25,517 bases of DNA, taken from IMG/VR virus record IMGVR_UViG_3300027769_000117, positions 1-25,517 of that record; one strand, 5' to 3'. The DNA is from a virus. Taxonomy: Duplodnaviria; Caudoviricetes. Below, piece by piece: positions 16,641-23,385 of the stretch. The stretch's first letter is position 1, and each line of letters begins with the position of its first letter. Both the position numbers and the translations under genes were made by a program. Under the pieces are notes generated by a model. That model saw only the letters and a program-made list of their open reading frames with translations. It made no database searches and was not told where the DNA came from.

Positions 16641-16654
16641 GCGGAGGGTGGGGA

Positions 16655-17032
16655 TTAGGGCGTGGAGGAGGTGCTCATCGCGGTGCCGTAGCTGCGGAGC
16701 GTCGCGGAGACGGTCTCGAACTGCTCGGCGGCGAAGCTGGTTTCCAGCGAGGTGCAGATCGTGGTGGCTCCAAGCTCGGTTCCTGTAGGCATCGTGATCG
16801 AGGCGGTGCCGCCAACGGTGAGCGAGAAGCTGCCGGTGCGCATGCCTTCGACGCTGACCTCTTGGATCGGCTCGCCGACTGCCACCGCCACCACGCTACC
16901 CTGTGAGTCCTTCACCTCCTGGACATCGGCGGATTCCGAAATCGAAAAGCCGGTGACGATGAGGCCGGAGACTTCCGGTGTTCCATAAGTGGCCGAAGAA
17001 ACGGCCGATGAGCGGTAGATTGAAGCTGCCAT
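16655..17032 (-). CDS. Major tail (tube) protein
   Basis: 125 aa, Ser/Thr-rich beta pattern; synteny between tail terminator and chaperone; has its own leader and a downstream hairpin. Confidence 0.65.
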   Translation of the reverse strand: MAASIYRSSAVSSATYGTPEVSGLIVTGFSISESADVQEVKDSQGSVVAVAVGEPIQEVSVEGMRTGSFSLTVGGTASITMPTGTELGATTICTSLETSFAAEQFETVSATLRSYGTAMSTSSTP

Positions 17033-17082
17033 GATTTTGAGTTGGTTGGGTTGGGTTGCGGGTTACGGGAGAGGGGCAGGTG

Positions 17083-17490
17083 TCAAATCGCGGACTCGAC
17101 GAGGCCGAGGGTGAGAGCGGCGGTGGTGATCCATCGGCCGTCTTGCTGGCTCTCGCTCCAGGTGCGGAGGTCGGCCCCGGCGAGGGTGAGCGGCGCGGCG
17201 AAGGAGGCGGCGAGTTGGTCGGCGGCGAGGAGGGAGGTTTTGAGCGACGAGGCGAGGGCGGCGTGGGTCTCGAGCGCGGCCTCGACGACGCTCGGGGTGG
17301 CGAGGACGATGGAGGCGGTGACTTTGTAGAGCCCGCGAACGATGGCTTCGGTGCTCTCGACGCCGACGATGAGGACGGGTTGGTCGTTCGGGATCGGGTC
17401 GGAGCTTTGGCCGGTGTGGACGGGGATGCCGTCAAAGGCGGGTTGCCCGCGGAGCCAGGCGGCGAGGGAGGATTCGACTTCGAGGTTCAT
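17083..17490 (-). CDS. Tail terminator-like protein
   Basis: 135 aa; LAAWL..PVHTG..P.DQPVLIV pattern; synteny. Confidence 0.6.
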   Translation of the reverse strand: MNLEVESSLAAWLRGQPAFDGIPVHTGQSSDPIPNDQPVLIVGVESTEAIVRGLYKVTASIVLATPSVVEAALETHAALASSLKTSLLAADQLAASFAAPLTLAGADLRTWSESQQDGRWITTAALTLGLVESAI

Positions 17491-17813
17491 TGGCCACCTC
17501 CGGCGGGGCTGACGGTGGCGGTGAACTCGGCGGGGTTGTTGAGCGATTCGCCGACGGATTGGACGAGGTAGCTGCGGCCGTGAAAGTGGATGGATTCGCC
17601 ACGGCGTGGGGGGCTCTCGAGGTCGCTGGCTTGAAAGCGGACGGTGAATTCGCCGCCTTGGCGGAGGCCGCCGCTTTCGAGATCAAAGGAGACGGCGACG
17701 GGGGAGATGCAGGCTTTCAAATCCTGCGCGCGGAATTTTACCGGAATCCCTAGGAGCGAATTGCGCGCGGAGGCGGCGAGGGTTTCGAGGCGGGATTTTT
17801 GCTCAGGCGACAC
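17487..17813 (-). CDS. Head-tail joining (gpFII-like) protein
   Basis: 108 aa with PRRGESIHFHGRSYLVQSV beta-barrel motif; follows the capsid gene. Confidence 0.7.
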   Translation of the reverse strand: MSPEQKSRLETLAASARNSLLGIPVKFRAQDLKACISPVAVSFDLESGGLRQGGEFTVRFQASDLESPPRRGESIHFHGRSYLVQSVGESLNNPAEFTATVSPAGGGQ

Positions 17814-17830
17814 GCTTCTCGCTGCGTGTC

Positions 17831-17877
17831 AAAAAGCAGAACGCCCCGCCGGGAGTGAGAACCGGCGAGGCGTTTGC
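17831..17877 (-). terminator. Terminator after the capsid gene; its U-tract overlaps a TTTGACA motif
   Basis: Minus strand GCA-AACGCCTCGCCGG-loop-CCGGCGGGGCGTT-CTGC-TTTTT(GACA). Confidence 0.72.
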
Positions 17878-17904
17878 GGGCTGGTGTTGTCGGGTGTAGG
17901 GTAA

Positions 17905-18750
17905 TTAGTCGACCATCAGGGCCATCGTGCCTGCTGTGAGGCCGGGGGCTGCACCGAACATCACTTCCAAGGAAGCGATGAGCGAGCGGGTGCTCTTGTC
18001 GCTATACACATTGTAAGCGATCGAGAGGCCGATCTGATCGAGGGTGACAGAGTCGCTGACGAGGTAGTCGTTATCCGCGAGGGCGGGAACGGCTGCGGCC
18101 ATGACGAGCGCCTCTGGGGAGCATGCGAAGCCGTAGAGGCCTGCCTCACCGCCGAAGCTGGTGGCGTAGTGGACGCCATTCTCGAAGCCGTAAGCTCCGT
18201 CGCCGAGGTTGAGGGCGGTGGTGCTGGTCGGGATGAGTTGGCTGTAAACAACGGGCGAGACCACGAGGCCTTTGCGGGCGCTCTTGTGGACGGCTGCCCA
18301 CAGGCTGGCGAGGTCGCCGCTGGCGGCGTTCACGCTCGAGGGGGCGGAGGTAACAACGGCGGCGCCGAAGTTCGCAACGGTCACGGGAGTCGTGGCGAGG
18401 GTCCAGATTTTGTCCGCGATAGCGTCGAGGTTGATCTGGATGAGGCGCTCCAAGCGGTGCGCGGATTGGAGGTCGCTGTAGCTGAGGCCGAAGGGCTGGT
18501 AGATGTGATCGAGCGAGACCGTGGCTTTGCCGAGGGTCGTGCCGCCGATGCTGTTGAAGGTGGTGGGGTTCACCGAGGTGCTGGCAGTCGCGGAAGCGAT
18601 GGGCACATGAACGGTGTCTTTTGGCTTCTTAACATCCGAAGAGAAATCGGAGGCGAAGAGGTTGAGCGCGCTGAGGCGCTTGCTGAGGACGGTTTTGGTC
18701 TGCTGAGCGATGGAGTCAGCAACCAGGGCGCTGTCGAATGTATTGGGCAT
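17905..18750 (-). CDS. Major capsid protein
   Basis: 281 aa directly after protease/scaffold; KPKDTVHVP and SLEVMFGA segments fit HK97-fold coat proteins; followed by a terminator. Confidence 0.82.
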   Translation of the reverse strand: MPNTFDSALVADSIAQQTKTVLSKRLSALNLFASDFSSDVKKPKDTVHVPIASATASTSVNPTTFNSIGGTTLGKATVSLDHIYQPFGLSYSDLQSAHRLERLIQINLDAIADKIWTLATTPVTVANFGAAVVTSAPSSVNAASGDLASLWAAVHKSARKGLVVSPVVYSQLIPTSTTALNLGDGAYGFENGVHYATSFGGEAGLYGFACSPEALVMAAAVPALADNDYLVSDSVTLDQIGLSIAYNVYSDKSTRSLIASLEVMFGAAPGLTAGTMALMVD

Positions 18751-18788
18751 TTTGTTGGTGTTGGGTTGGTGGTTGGGTTCTCCTTGGC

Positions 18789-19295
18789 TCAGGCCTTGGA
18801 AATTTTATTGCGGTGCTGCCAGATGGCGGCTTTGTGTTTCTCGAAGAGGAGCGAGGCGGCTTTGCGGTCGCCGGCCTCGACTGCGGCCAGATATTCGGCA
18901 ACGGGATCGGCTGCCTCTGACGCGGAATTTTCGATGAGTGGGACGACGCGGGCGGGAGCGAGGCCGAGGCTACGCTCGAGGCGGGCGAGGTCTTGGGTGA
19001 CGCCGTCGAACTTCGCCCGGTAGGCGGAAGCTTCGGCGAGGGCGCTGTCTAGCTTCGCAGAGAGTTCGTTATATTTGGCGAGGATGGAGTCGGCGGCGCT
19101 GGCCTTGGCTTGTGGCTCGGCGACTTCCTCGGCAGGGATCTCCTCAACGACCGGCTCGGCGGCGACTTCTTCCGAGACGGGAGTCTCGATGACTTCAGGC
19201 GCGGGAGTTTCGGCGTTTTCGCTCACGATGCTTGCCTCGGGGGTCTCGACGACCTCGGGCTGTTCGGGCGTTTCGGTGACTACTGTTTCGGTCAT
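18789..19295 (-). CDS. Nested in-frame scaffolding protein (Nu3-like)
   Basis: In-frame ATG at 19295 just after the protease domain, preceded by TTTGACA-N14 like other gene starts. Confidence 0.65.
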   Translation of the reverse strand: MTETVVTETPEQPEVVETPEASIVSENAETPAPEVIETPVSEEVAAEPVVEEIPAEEVAEPQAKASAADSILAKYNELSAKLDSALAEASAYRAKFDGVTQDLARLERSLGLAPARVVPLIENSASEAADPVAEYLAAVEAGDRKAASLLFEKHKAAIWQHRNKISKA

Positions 19296-19886
19296 GCCCT
19301 TGGCGAATTTGTCAAATCGCGCTCGCAAACTTTCCGGTGTGGCGGTGGCTGCGGCGGCCACGCCTTCCTCGATGGCGTCGGCGAATCCGAGGGCCACGGC
19401 TTCGACGGCATCGAGCCAGGTCTCGGCGTCCATCATCTCGGCGACTTGGTTTTGATCCATGCCGGTCTTTCGGACATAAGCGTTGACGAGGGTGCTCTTC
19501 AGTTTGTCGAGGAGGTCGGCTTCTTTGCGGAGCTGGTCGGCATCGCCAGCAGAAATCGTCCACGGGTTGTGGATCATCATGAGGGCGTTGTCGGCGATGT
19601 AGACTGGCGCTCCGGCCATGGCGATCACGCTGGCCATCGAGGCCGCGAGGGCGTCGATGTGGACGGTCAGCCCGCCTTTGTGGCGGCGGAGAGCGTTGTA
19701 AATCGCGGTGCCTTCAACCACGGAACCGCCTGGGGAGTTGATGCGGAGGTGCAGGTGTTGGCCGTCGAGCTTGGCGAGGTCGGAGAGGAATTCTTTTGAG
19801 CCTGCGCCGAAAGCACCGACCTCGTCATAGAGATGAATCGTTGCTGTGCCGTCGTTGGATTTTTCCAAAGCATAAAATTTGGTCAT
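18789..19886 (-). CDS. ClpP-type head maturation protease fused to scaffold domain
   Basis: LRINSPGGSV, IDALAASMASVIAMAG (Ser), MMIHNPW (His) and ETWLDAVEAVALGFAD motifs; ATGA-coupled to portal; acidic/coiled-coil C-terminus. Confidence 0.93.
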   Translation of the reverse strand: MTKFYALEKSNDGTATIHLYDEVGAFGAGSKEFLSDLAKLDGQHLHLRINSPGGSVVEGTAIYNALRRHKGGLTVHIDALAASMASVIAMAGAPVYIADNALMMIHNPWTISAGDADQLRKEADLLDKLKSTLVNAYVRKTGMDQNQVAEMMDAETWLDAVEAVALGFADAIEEGVAAAATATPESLRARFDKFAKGMTETVVTETPEQPEVVETPEASIVSENAETPAPEVIETPVSEEVAAEPVVEEIPAEEVAEPQAKASAADSILAKYNELSAKLDSALAEASAYRAKFDGVTQDLARLERSLGLAPARVVPLIENSASEAADPVAEYLAAVEAGDRKAASLLFEKHKAAIWQHRNKISKA

Positions 19887-21334
19887 GATGGGATTGGGGT
19901 TGAGGTGAGTTGGCTTTGCTGGTTGGGGAAGACTTGGCCGAGGTCGAGGCCGAGGGCTTCGCACTTGGCTTTGCGGCGGACATAGGAGGCGAGGATGTCG
20001 TCCTCTTCGGCTTCGGCATCGAGGCCGTGCATGTTGCAGTAGCGCTCCCAGCTCAGATAACCGGAGTCGAGGAGTTGGGCATACAACCTTCCATCTCTCC
20101 CATTATCGACCGTGATCTTGCGGGGGGTGACCCACTCGACGCGCCACCAATCATCGCCGGGATAGGGAAGGCGTCCGGCTTGGATTTCCTGCCACACCCA
20201 GTATTTCCACGCGGGGAAACAGAATTGATCGATGACCATCTGCTGAATGCGGTCGAGGAAGTTCTGCGCGACTTCGAGGAGGGCGCGGGTCTCGGTGCCT
20301 GCGAGGCCGACGAGTAGCATCATTGCCTCTGGAGGCACGCCAACAGCGCGGGCGATGTCGCTCGTGTAGTCGCGCATGAGCGGCTCAAACCAAGCGCCTG
20401 GAGATTCGTTTTTGAAGCTCTGGATAGACTCGCCCGGCTTTAGGCGGGCGATGATGTTCCCATTGTAAAGGTTGTCCGTGGTGATTTCGTCACCTGCGGA
20501 ATTGGTAATCCTTGTCGCGCCGAGGCCGATTTTTTGCGCTTCGTTGCTGTTGATGACATAGCCAATCTGCGCCTGCATTTTGGTGCTGCCTTTTGCGTAG
20601 GCTTTCGTCTCGCTTTGGTCTTGTGCGGGGATGATGGCGGAGTGGAGCCACGAGACTCCTCGCGGTTGGCCGATCCGGCGGACATGGCGGATGTGCATCA
20701 TGTCGTCGGCGGGGACATCCACATATTTGCCGTTGGTGCGGTCGGTGATGACGCGGTAGCTGCGGGGCGCGCCAAAGCGGTCGAGAAGGAGGCCGTCGAA
20801 AGCGTAGTCGGGGGAGTTCAGCGTATTGCCGACGCTCTCGCCGCCGATGAAGCGGAAGCGAGCGCCGTCGGTGCCGGTGACGAGCTTTTGCGCGAAGACA
20901 TCGCCATCGAGTGCGACTTGGCGGACGATGAGGGATTGCGCGCTGTAGAAATTCACGGAGTCGCTGGCGTCGAACGCCCATGCTTCTCCACAGGCGCGGT
21001 CTTCGAAATGGCGCTCAGCGATGCGGTTCCACGCGGGGTCGGTGGTGCGGGCTTTCGGGACGATGCCGAGGCCGATGGCGCGCTGAGCGATGTGCTCGAT
21101 GATGTATGTGACAGAGGGGATGTTGTTGTAGAGCCAGCGGGCTTTGCGGATGAGTTCCTCGCGGGTGCGGGGCGTGACTTCGCGCTTGGGGTCAACGGTG
21201 TTAACGAAAATCAAGCTGCGGGCGGGCGAGTGCTCGGCGGCTTCGAAGGCGGCAGCTTGGGCGTCTAGTTTGCGCGGACGGCCGGCGCCGGGGCGGGTTC
21301 CGCCCCAACTTGATTTCTTGATTTTCGAGGGCAT
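19883..21334 (-). CDS. Portal protein, lambda family
   Basis: ELIRKARWLYNN, VALDGDVF, IGQPRGVSWL, LKPGESI and DIARAVGVP motifs; synteny. Confidence 0.92.
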   Translation of the reverse strand: MPSKIKKSSWGGTRPGAGRPRKLDAQAAAFEAAEHSPARSLIFVNTVDPKREVTPRTREELIRKARWLYNNIPSVTYIIEHIAQRAIGLGIVPKARTTDPAWNRIAERHFEDRACGEAWAFDASDSVNFYSAQSLIVRQVALDGDVFAQKLVTGTDGARFRFIGGESVGNTLNSPDYAFDGLLLDRFGAPRSYRVITDRTNGKYVDVPADDMMHIRHVRRIGQPRGVSWLHSAIIPAQDQSETKAYAKGSTKMQAQIGYVINSNEAQKIGLGATRITNSAGDEITTDNLYNGNIIARLKPGESIQSFKNESPGAWFEPLMRDYTSDIARAVGVPPEAMMLLVGLAGTETRALLEVAQNFLDRIQQMVIDQFCFPAWKYWVWQEIQAGRLPYPGDDWWRVEWVTPRKITVDNGRDGRLYAQLLDSGYLSWERYCNMHGLDAEAEEDDILASYVRRKAKCEALGLDLGQVFPNQQSQLTSTPIPS

Positions 21335-21350
21335 TGCCCTCGGCGGCGTG

Positions 21351-21626
21351 TCAAACGGGGGAGGTCACCGCGCCGAAGTTGGCGAAGGTGCCGAGCTGGC
21401 GGCCGTGGGTGCCTTCGGAGAGGAGTTCTTCGACGGCTTGGAGGAGGAGCCACTTGGGGAAGCTGATCTGTCCGGCGCTGCTTGCGCCTTCGCTGCCGAG
21501 GGATGTGATGACGACCTCCTCGGTGGCCGACGCGAAGGTGGAGAGCGCGAGGGCTTCGAGTTCGGCGGTGGTCTTGGTGCGGCGCAGGAAGGATTTAACG
21601 CCGGAGATTTTGTCGAGGTCGGTCAC
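21351..21626 (-). CDS. Small head-completion protein (gpW position)
   Basis: 91 aa with GTG start, immediately upstream of portal as in the lambda W-B order. Confidence 0.6.
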   Translation of the reverse strand: MTDLDKISGVKSFLRRTKTTAELEALALSTFASATEEVVITSLGSEGASSAGQISFPKWLLLQAVEELLSEGTHGRQLGTFANFGAVTSPV

Positions 21627-21656
21627 GCCGGAGGGGGCGTGTCAAAAGGAGGATCT

Positions 21657-21681
21657 CCCGCAGAGGCGCGGAGACGCAGAG
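21657..21681. repeat. REP-like element CTCTGCGTCTCCGCGCCTCTGCGGG
   Basis: Three imperfect CTCYGCG units on the minus strand; similar in design to the CTCCGTG units at 11055. Confidence 0.5.
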
Positions 21682-21690
21682 GGAGGTTTT

Positions 21691-21870
21691 GCAGGGACGG
21701 CGCGGCCGCACCTTTTCAGACGCCGGGTTTCCAAGGTTGCAAACCTGCTATCGACGGGAAGAGGCACCACGAGTCTTGAACTCGTGGCAGTATACGTTCT
21801 CCGGCAGCTTTAGGTTCTCCCGACCTCGATGTGCCCCATACGGAGCCATCCGTGTGTCTCGTCTGCCTGC
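21691..21870 (-). ncRNA. Candidate ~180-nt structured ncRNA of unknown family
   Basis: No credible ORF. Ends pair (GCAGG/CCTGC) and there are multiple further helices. The 5' end lies exactly 14 nt after TTTGACT. Confidence 0.55.
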
Positions 21871-21982
21871 GAGGATTTGGGTGGAGTCAAAAGCTACAGG
21901 GGAAAAAGATGCTACATTTGGCAAATGTAGAGTCCGGCGGTTTAGATTTTGCCGTAAAACTCAAGCGTGGCTTGAAGTTTGG

Positions 21983-22171
21983 CTACAATTTCGACTCGAT
22001 GTATTTCCCGCGACTCTGGTCGCCGCGGTCGCGGTCGAGCTTTTGCCAGCTCTCCGGTTGCATGGAGACGGATCTGGTGATGGCCGTTCGGCCTTTGGAG
22101 TTTTTGTTTTTGCTGCCGGTTTTGCGGCCGGCATTTTTGCGCGGGCCGCCGTGGGTGGTGGGCTTGCTCAT
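21983..22171 (-). CDS. Ribbon-helix-helix-like DNA-binding protein with basic GGxRxxAGRK N-terminus
   Basis: HGGPRKNAGRK, then an alternating strand ITRSVSM and two helices (PESWQKLDRDR, SRGKYIESKL). Confidence 0.68.
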   Translation of the reverse strand: MSKPTTHGGPRKNAGRKTGSKNKNSKGRTAITRSVSMQPESWQKLDRDRGDQSRGKYIESKL

Positions 22172-22317
22172 TTCGGGCGCGGGTAGTAGCCGGAGGGGGT
22201 GTCCACTTGGGTGAGGGTTGGATTTTTTTGCAGGATTTCGGCGGCTTGGTCTTTCGTGATGTCTTTGCTGACAACGGCTCGGGTGCCGATCTTTTGGAAT
22301 TTGATTTCTGTTTTCAT
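22168..22317 (-). CDS. 49-aa hypothetical protein (not in ORF track)
   Basis: MKTEIKFQKIGTRAVVSKDITKDQAAEILQKNPTLTQVDTPSGYYPRPK; ATGA overlaps at both ends. Confidence 0.7.
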   Translation of the reverse strand: MKTEIKFQKIGTRAVVSKDITKDQAAEILQKNPTLTQVDTPSGYYPRPK

Positions 22318-22589
22318 TTTGTAGGAACGATGAATTTTGCGACGAGTTTGCCGAGTGTCAGGGTTTGAAAGGCGGGGTCTTCGTCTTCTCCTTCCCAGTT
22401 GTAAACCTCATATTCGTGACGGGTGTTTGAGAGTCTGCCGCCATTGTCATCCCAATCCCATCGGCGAATGACTGCGAGGTCGTCCCATATCGCCTGTCCT
22501 GCACTATGTGGTTGGCCCTGATCTTCCGGTGGCGTCAGATAGGTGAGGTTTTCAATTTCGTCTTGTTCTTGCGGTGTTAGCGTTTTCAT
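22314..22589 (-). CDS. 91-aa acidic hypothetical protein
   Basis: ATGA overlaps at both ends. Confidence 0.72.
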   Translation of the reverse strand: MKTLTPQEQDEIENLTYLTPPEDQGQPHSAGQAIWDDLAVIRRWDWDDNGGRLSNTRHEYEVYNWEGEDEDPAFQTLTLGKLVAKFIVPTK

Positions 22590-22747
22590 TTTTTCGAGCG
22601 GGTGGAGGTTTTGAGGTTGTGGGATATCAGGATTTGTTCGGATTTTTGGAGGGCGAGGGCTAAGTCTTCAAGCGTGCTTTTCAGTTCTTTGCCGAGGAGC
22701 ACGAGGCAGGCCAGCGAATTGTAGAGGCTTCGGTCGTTGGTTTTCAT
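22586..22747 (-). CDS. 53-aa leucine-rich helical protein
   Basis: ATG at 22747 after a C/A-rich leader; MKTNDRSLYNSLACLVLLGKELKSTLEDL... Confidence 0.62.
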   Translation of the reverse strand: MKTNDRSLYNSLACLVLLGKELKSTLEDLALALQKSEQILISHNLKTSTRSKK

Positions 22748-22760
22748 TTTTGTCGTGGGT

Positions 22761-22787
22761 TGGTGGCGCGGGGATCGAACCCGCGCC
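22761..22787 (-). other. tRNA-like T-loop hairpin ending in ACCA
   Basis: GGCGCGGG-TTCGATC-CCCGCGCC-ACCA: a perfect 8-bp stem with a 7-nt T-loop. Confidence 0.65.
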
Positions 22788-22797
22788 GGGTGGGTGG

Positions 22798-22986
22798 TTA
22801 GTGAAGTTCTGGGCAATCTTCCCAGAGCTTGATTGTGCCATCGCGGAACACGACGACTTCGCCGAATGAAGTCAGAATGTTGACGCTGTGGACTAGACCG
22901 TTCGCCAAAGTGGCTGCTGCCAAGTTGCGGGCTTCGGTCAGGGTTTTTGGCATTTTTGCCGAGGTGGAGTTTTTCATAAGTTGCAT
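22798..22986 (-). CDS. ~60-aa hypothetical protein
   Basis: ATG at 22986 (or 22977) after the A/C-rich leader ACAAAAACCAAAAACCAA. Confidence 0.6.
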   Translation of the reverse strand: MQLMKNSTSAKMPKTLTEARNLAAATLANGLVHSVNILTSFGEVVVFRDGTIKLWEDCPELH

Positions 22987-23033
22987 TTGGTTTTTGGTTT
23001 TTGTCTCTGCCGTGGTGGCTTCGATCTGCAACC

Positions 23034-23095
23034 ACTCTCTCACGCTCTTGATTTCTCGTCAACAACTTTTTTTCAAGAAAATGAAAATAATTTTG
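23034..23095 (-). promoter_or_regulatory. Putative sigma70-type promoter with UP element for the mini-gene operon
   Basis: AT-rich tract, TTGACG at 23062-23057, 17-nt spacer, TGn-GAGAGT (weak -10). Confidence 0.45.
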
Positions 23096-23135
23096 GAGGC
23101 TTGCGGAGCCGCTTAAAACCTAGCTCGTCGGGAGG

Positions 23136-23171
23136 GTTCGGGGAAAAGTTCGGGGAAAGGTTCGGTGAAAA
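23136..23171. repeat. Three tandem 12-bp repeats GTTCGG(G/T)GAAA(A/G)
   Basis: GTTCGGGGAAAA GTTCGGGGAAAG GTTCGGTGAAAA. Confidence 0.8.
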
Positions 23172-23172
23172 G

Positions 23173-23385
23173 TTAGGACATCCCGAAGATTTTCATAAGG
23201 TCTGCAACGCCTTTTGAGTCGGTGGCCGGCGGGGCTTCGTGCTCGGGCTCGCCTTCGTGTAGAGCCAAGTTCCATGTCTGATCGAACATCTTGCGGAGGC
23301 CGCGCGTTGACAAAGTAACATTTCCATCGCGCTCGAATGCGGGATTCTTTGCCACATAGATTTTCCAGAGTTGTGATTTTTTCAT
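23173..23385 (-). CDS. 70-aa hypothetical protein
   Basis: ATGA-coupled to the terL stop; MKKSQLWKIYVAKNPAF...ADLMKIFGMS. Confidence 0.72.
   Translation of the reverse strand: MKKSQLWKIYVAKNPAFERDGNVTLSTRGLRKMFDQTWNLALHEGEPEHEAPPATDSKGVADLMKIFGMS

Noticed and set aside
17430-17436. TTTGACG as another copy of the late motif
   Set aside because: It lies inside a CDS with no start codon or leader at the 13-14 nt spacing.
21691-21740. Hammerhead or HDV ribozyme within the candidate ncRNA (CUGAAAA, GGAAAC, GUC)
   Set aside because: The core is not CUGANGA, the elements are in the wrong order, and pseudoknot spacing does not fit the HDV fold.
23136-23171. Mini CRISPR array
   Set aside because: The repeats are 12 bp and directly adjacent with no spacers; there are no cas genes.
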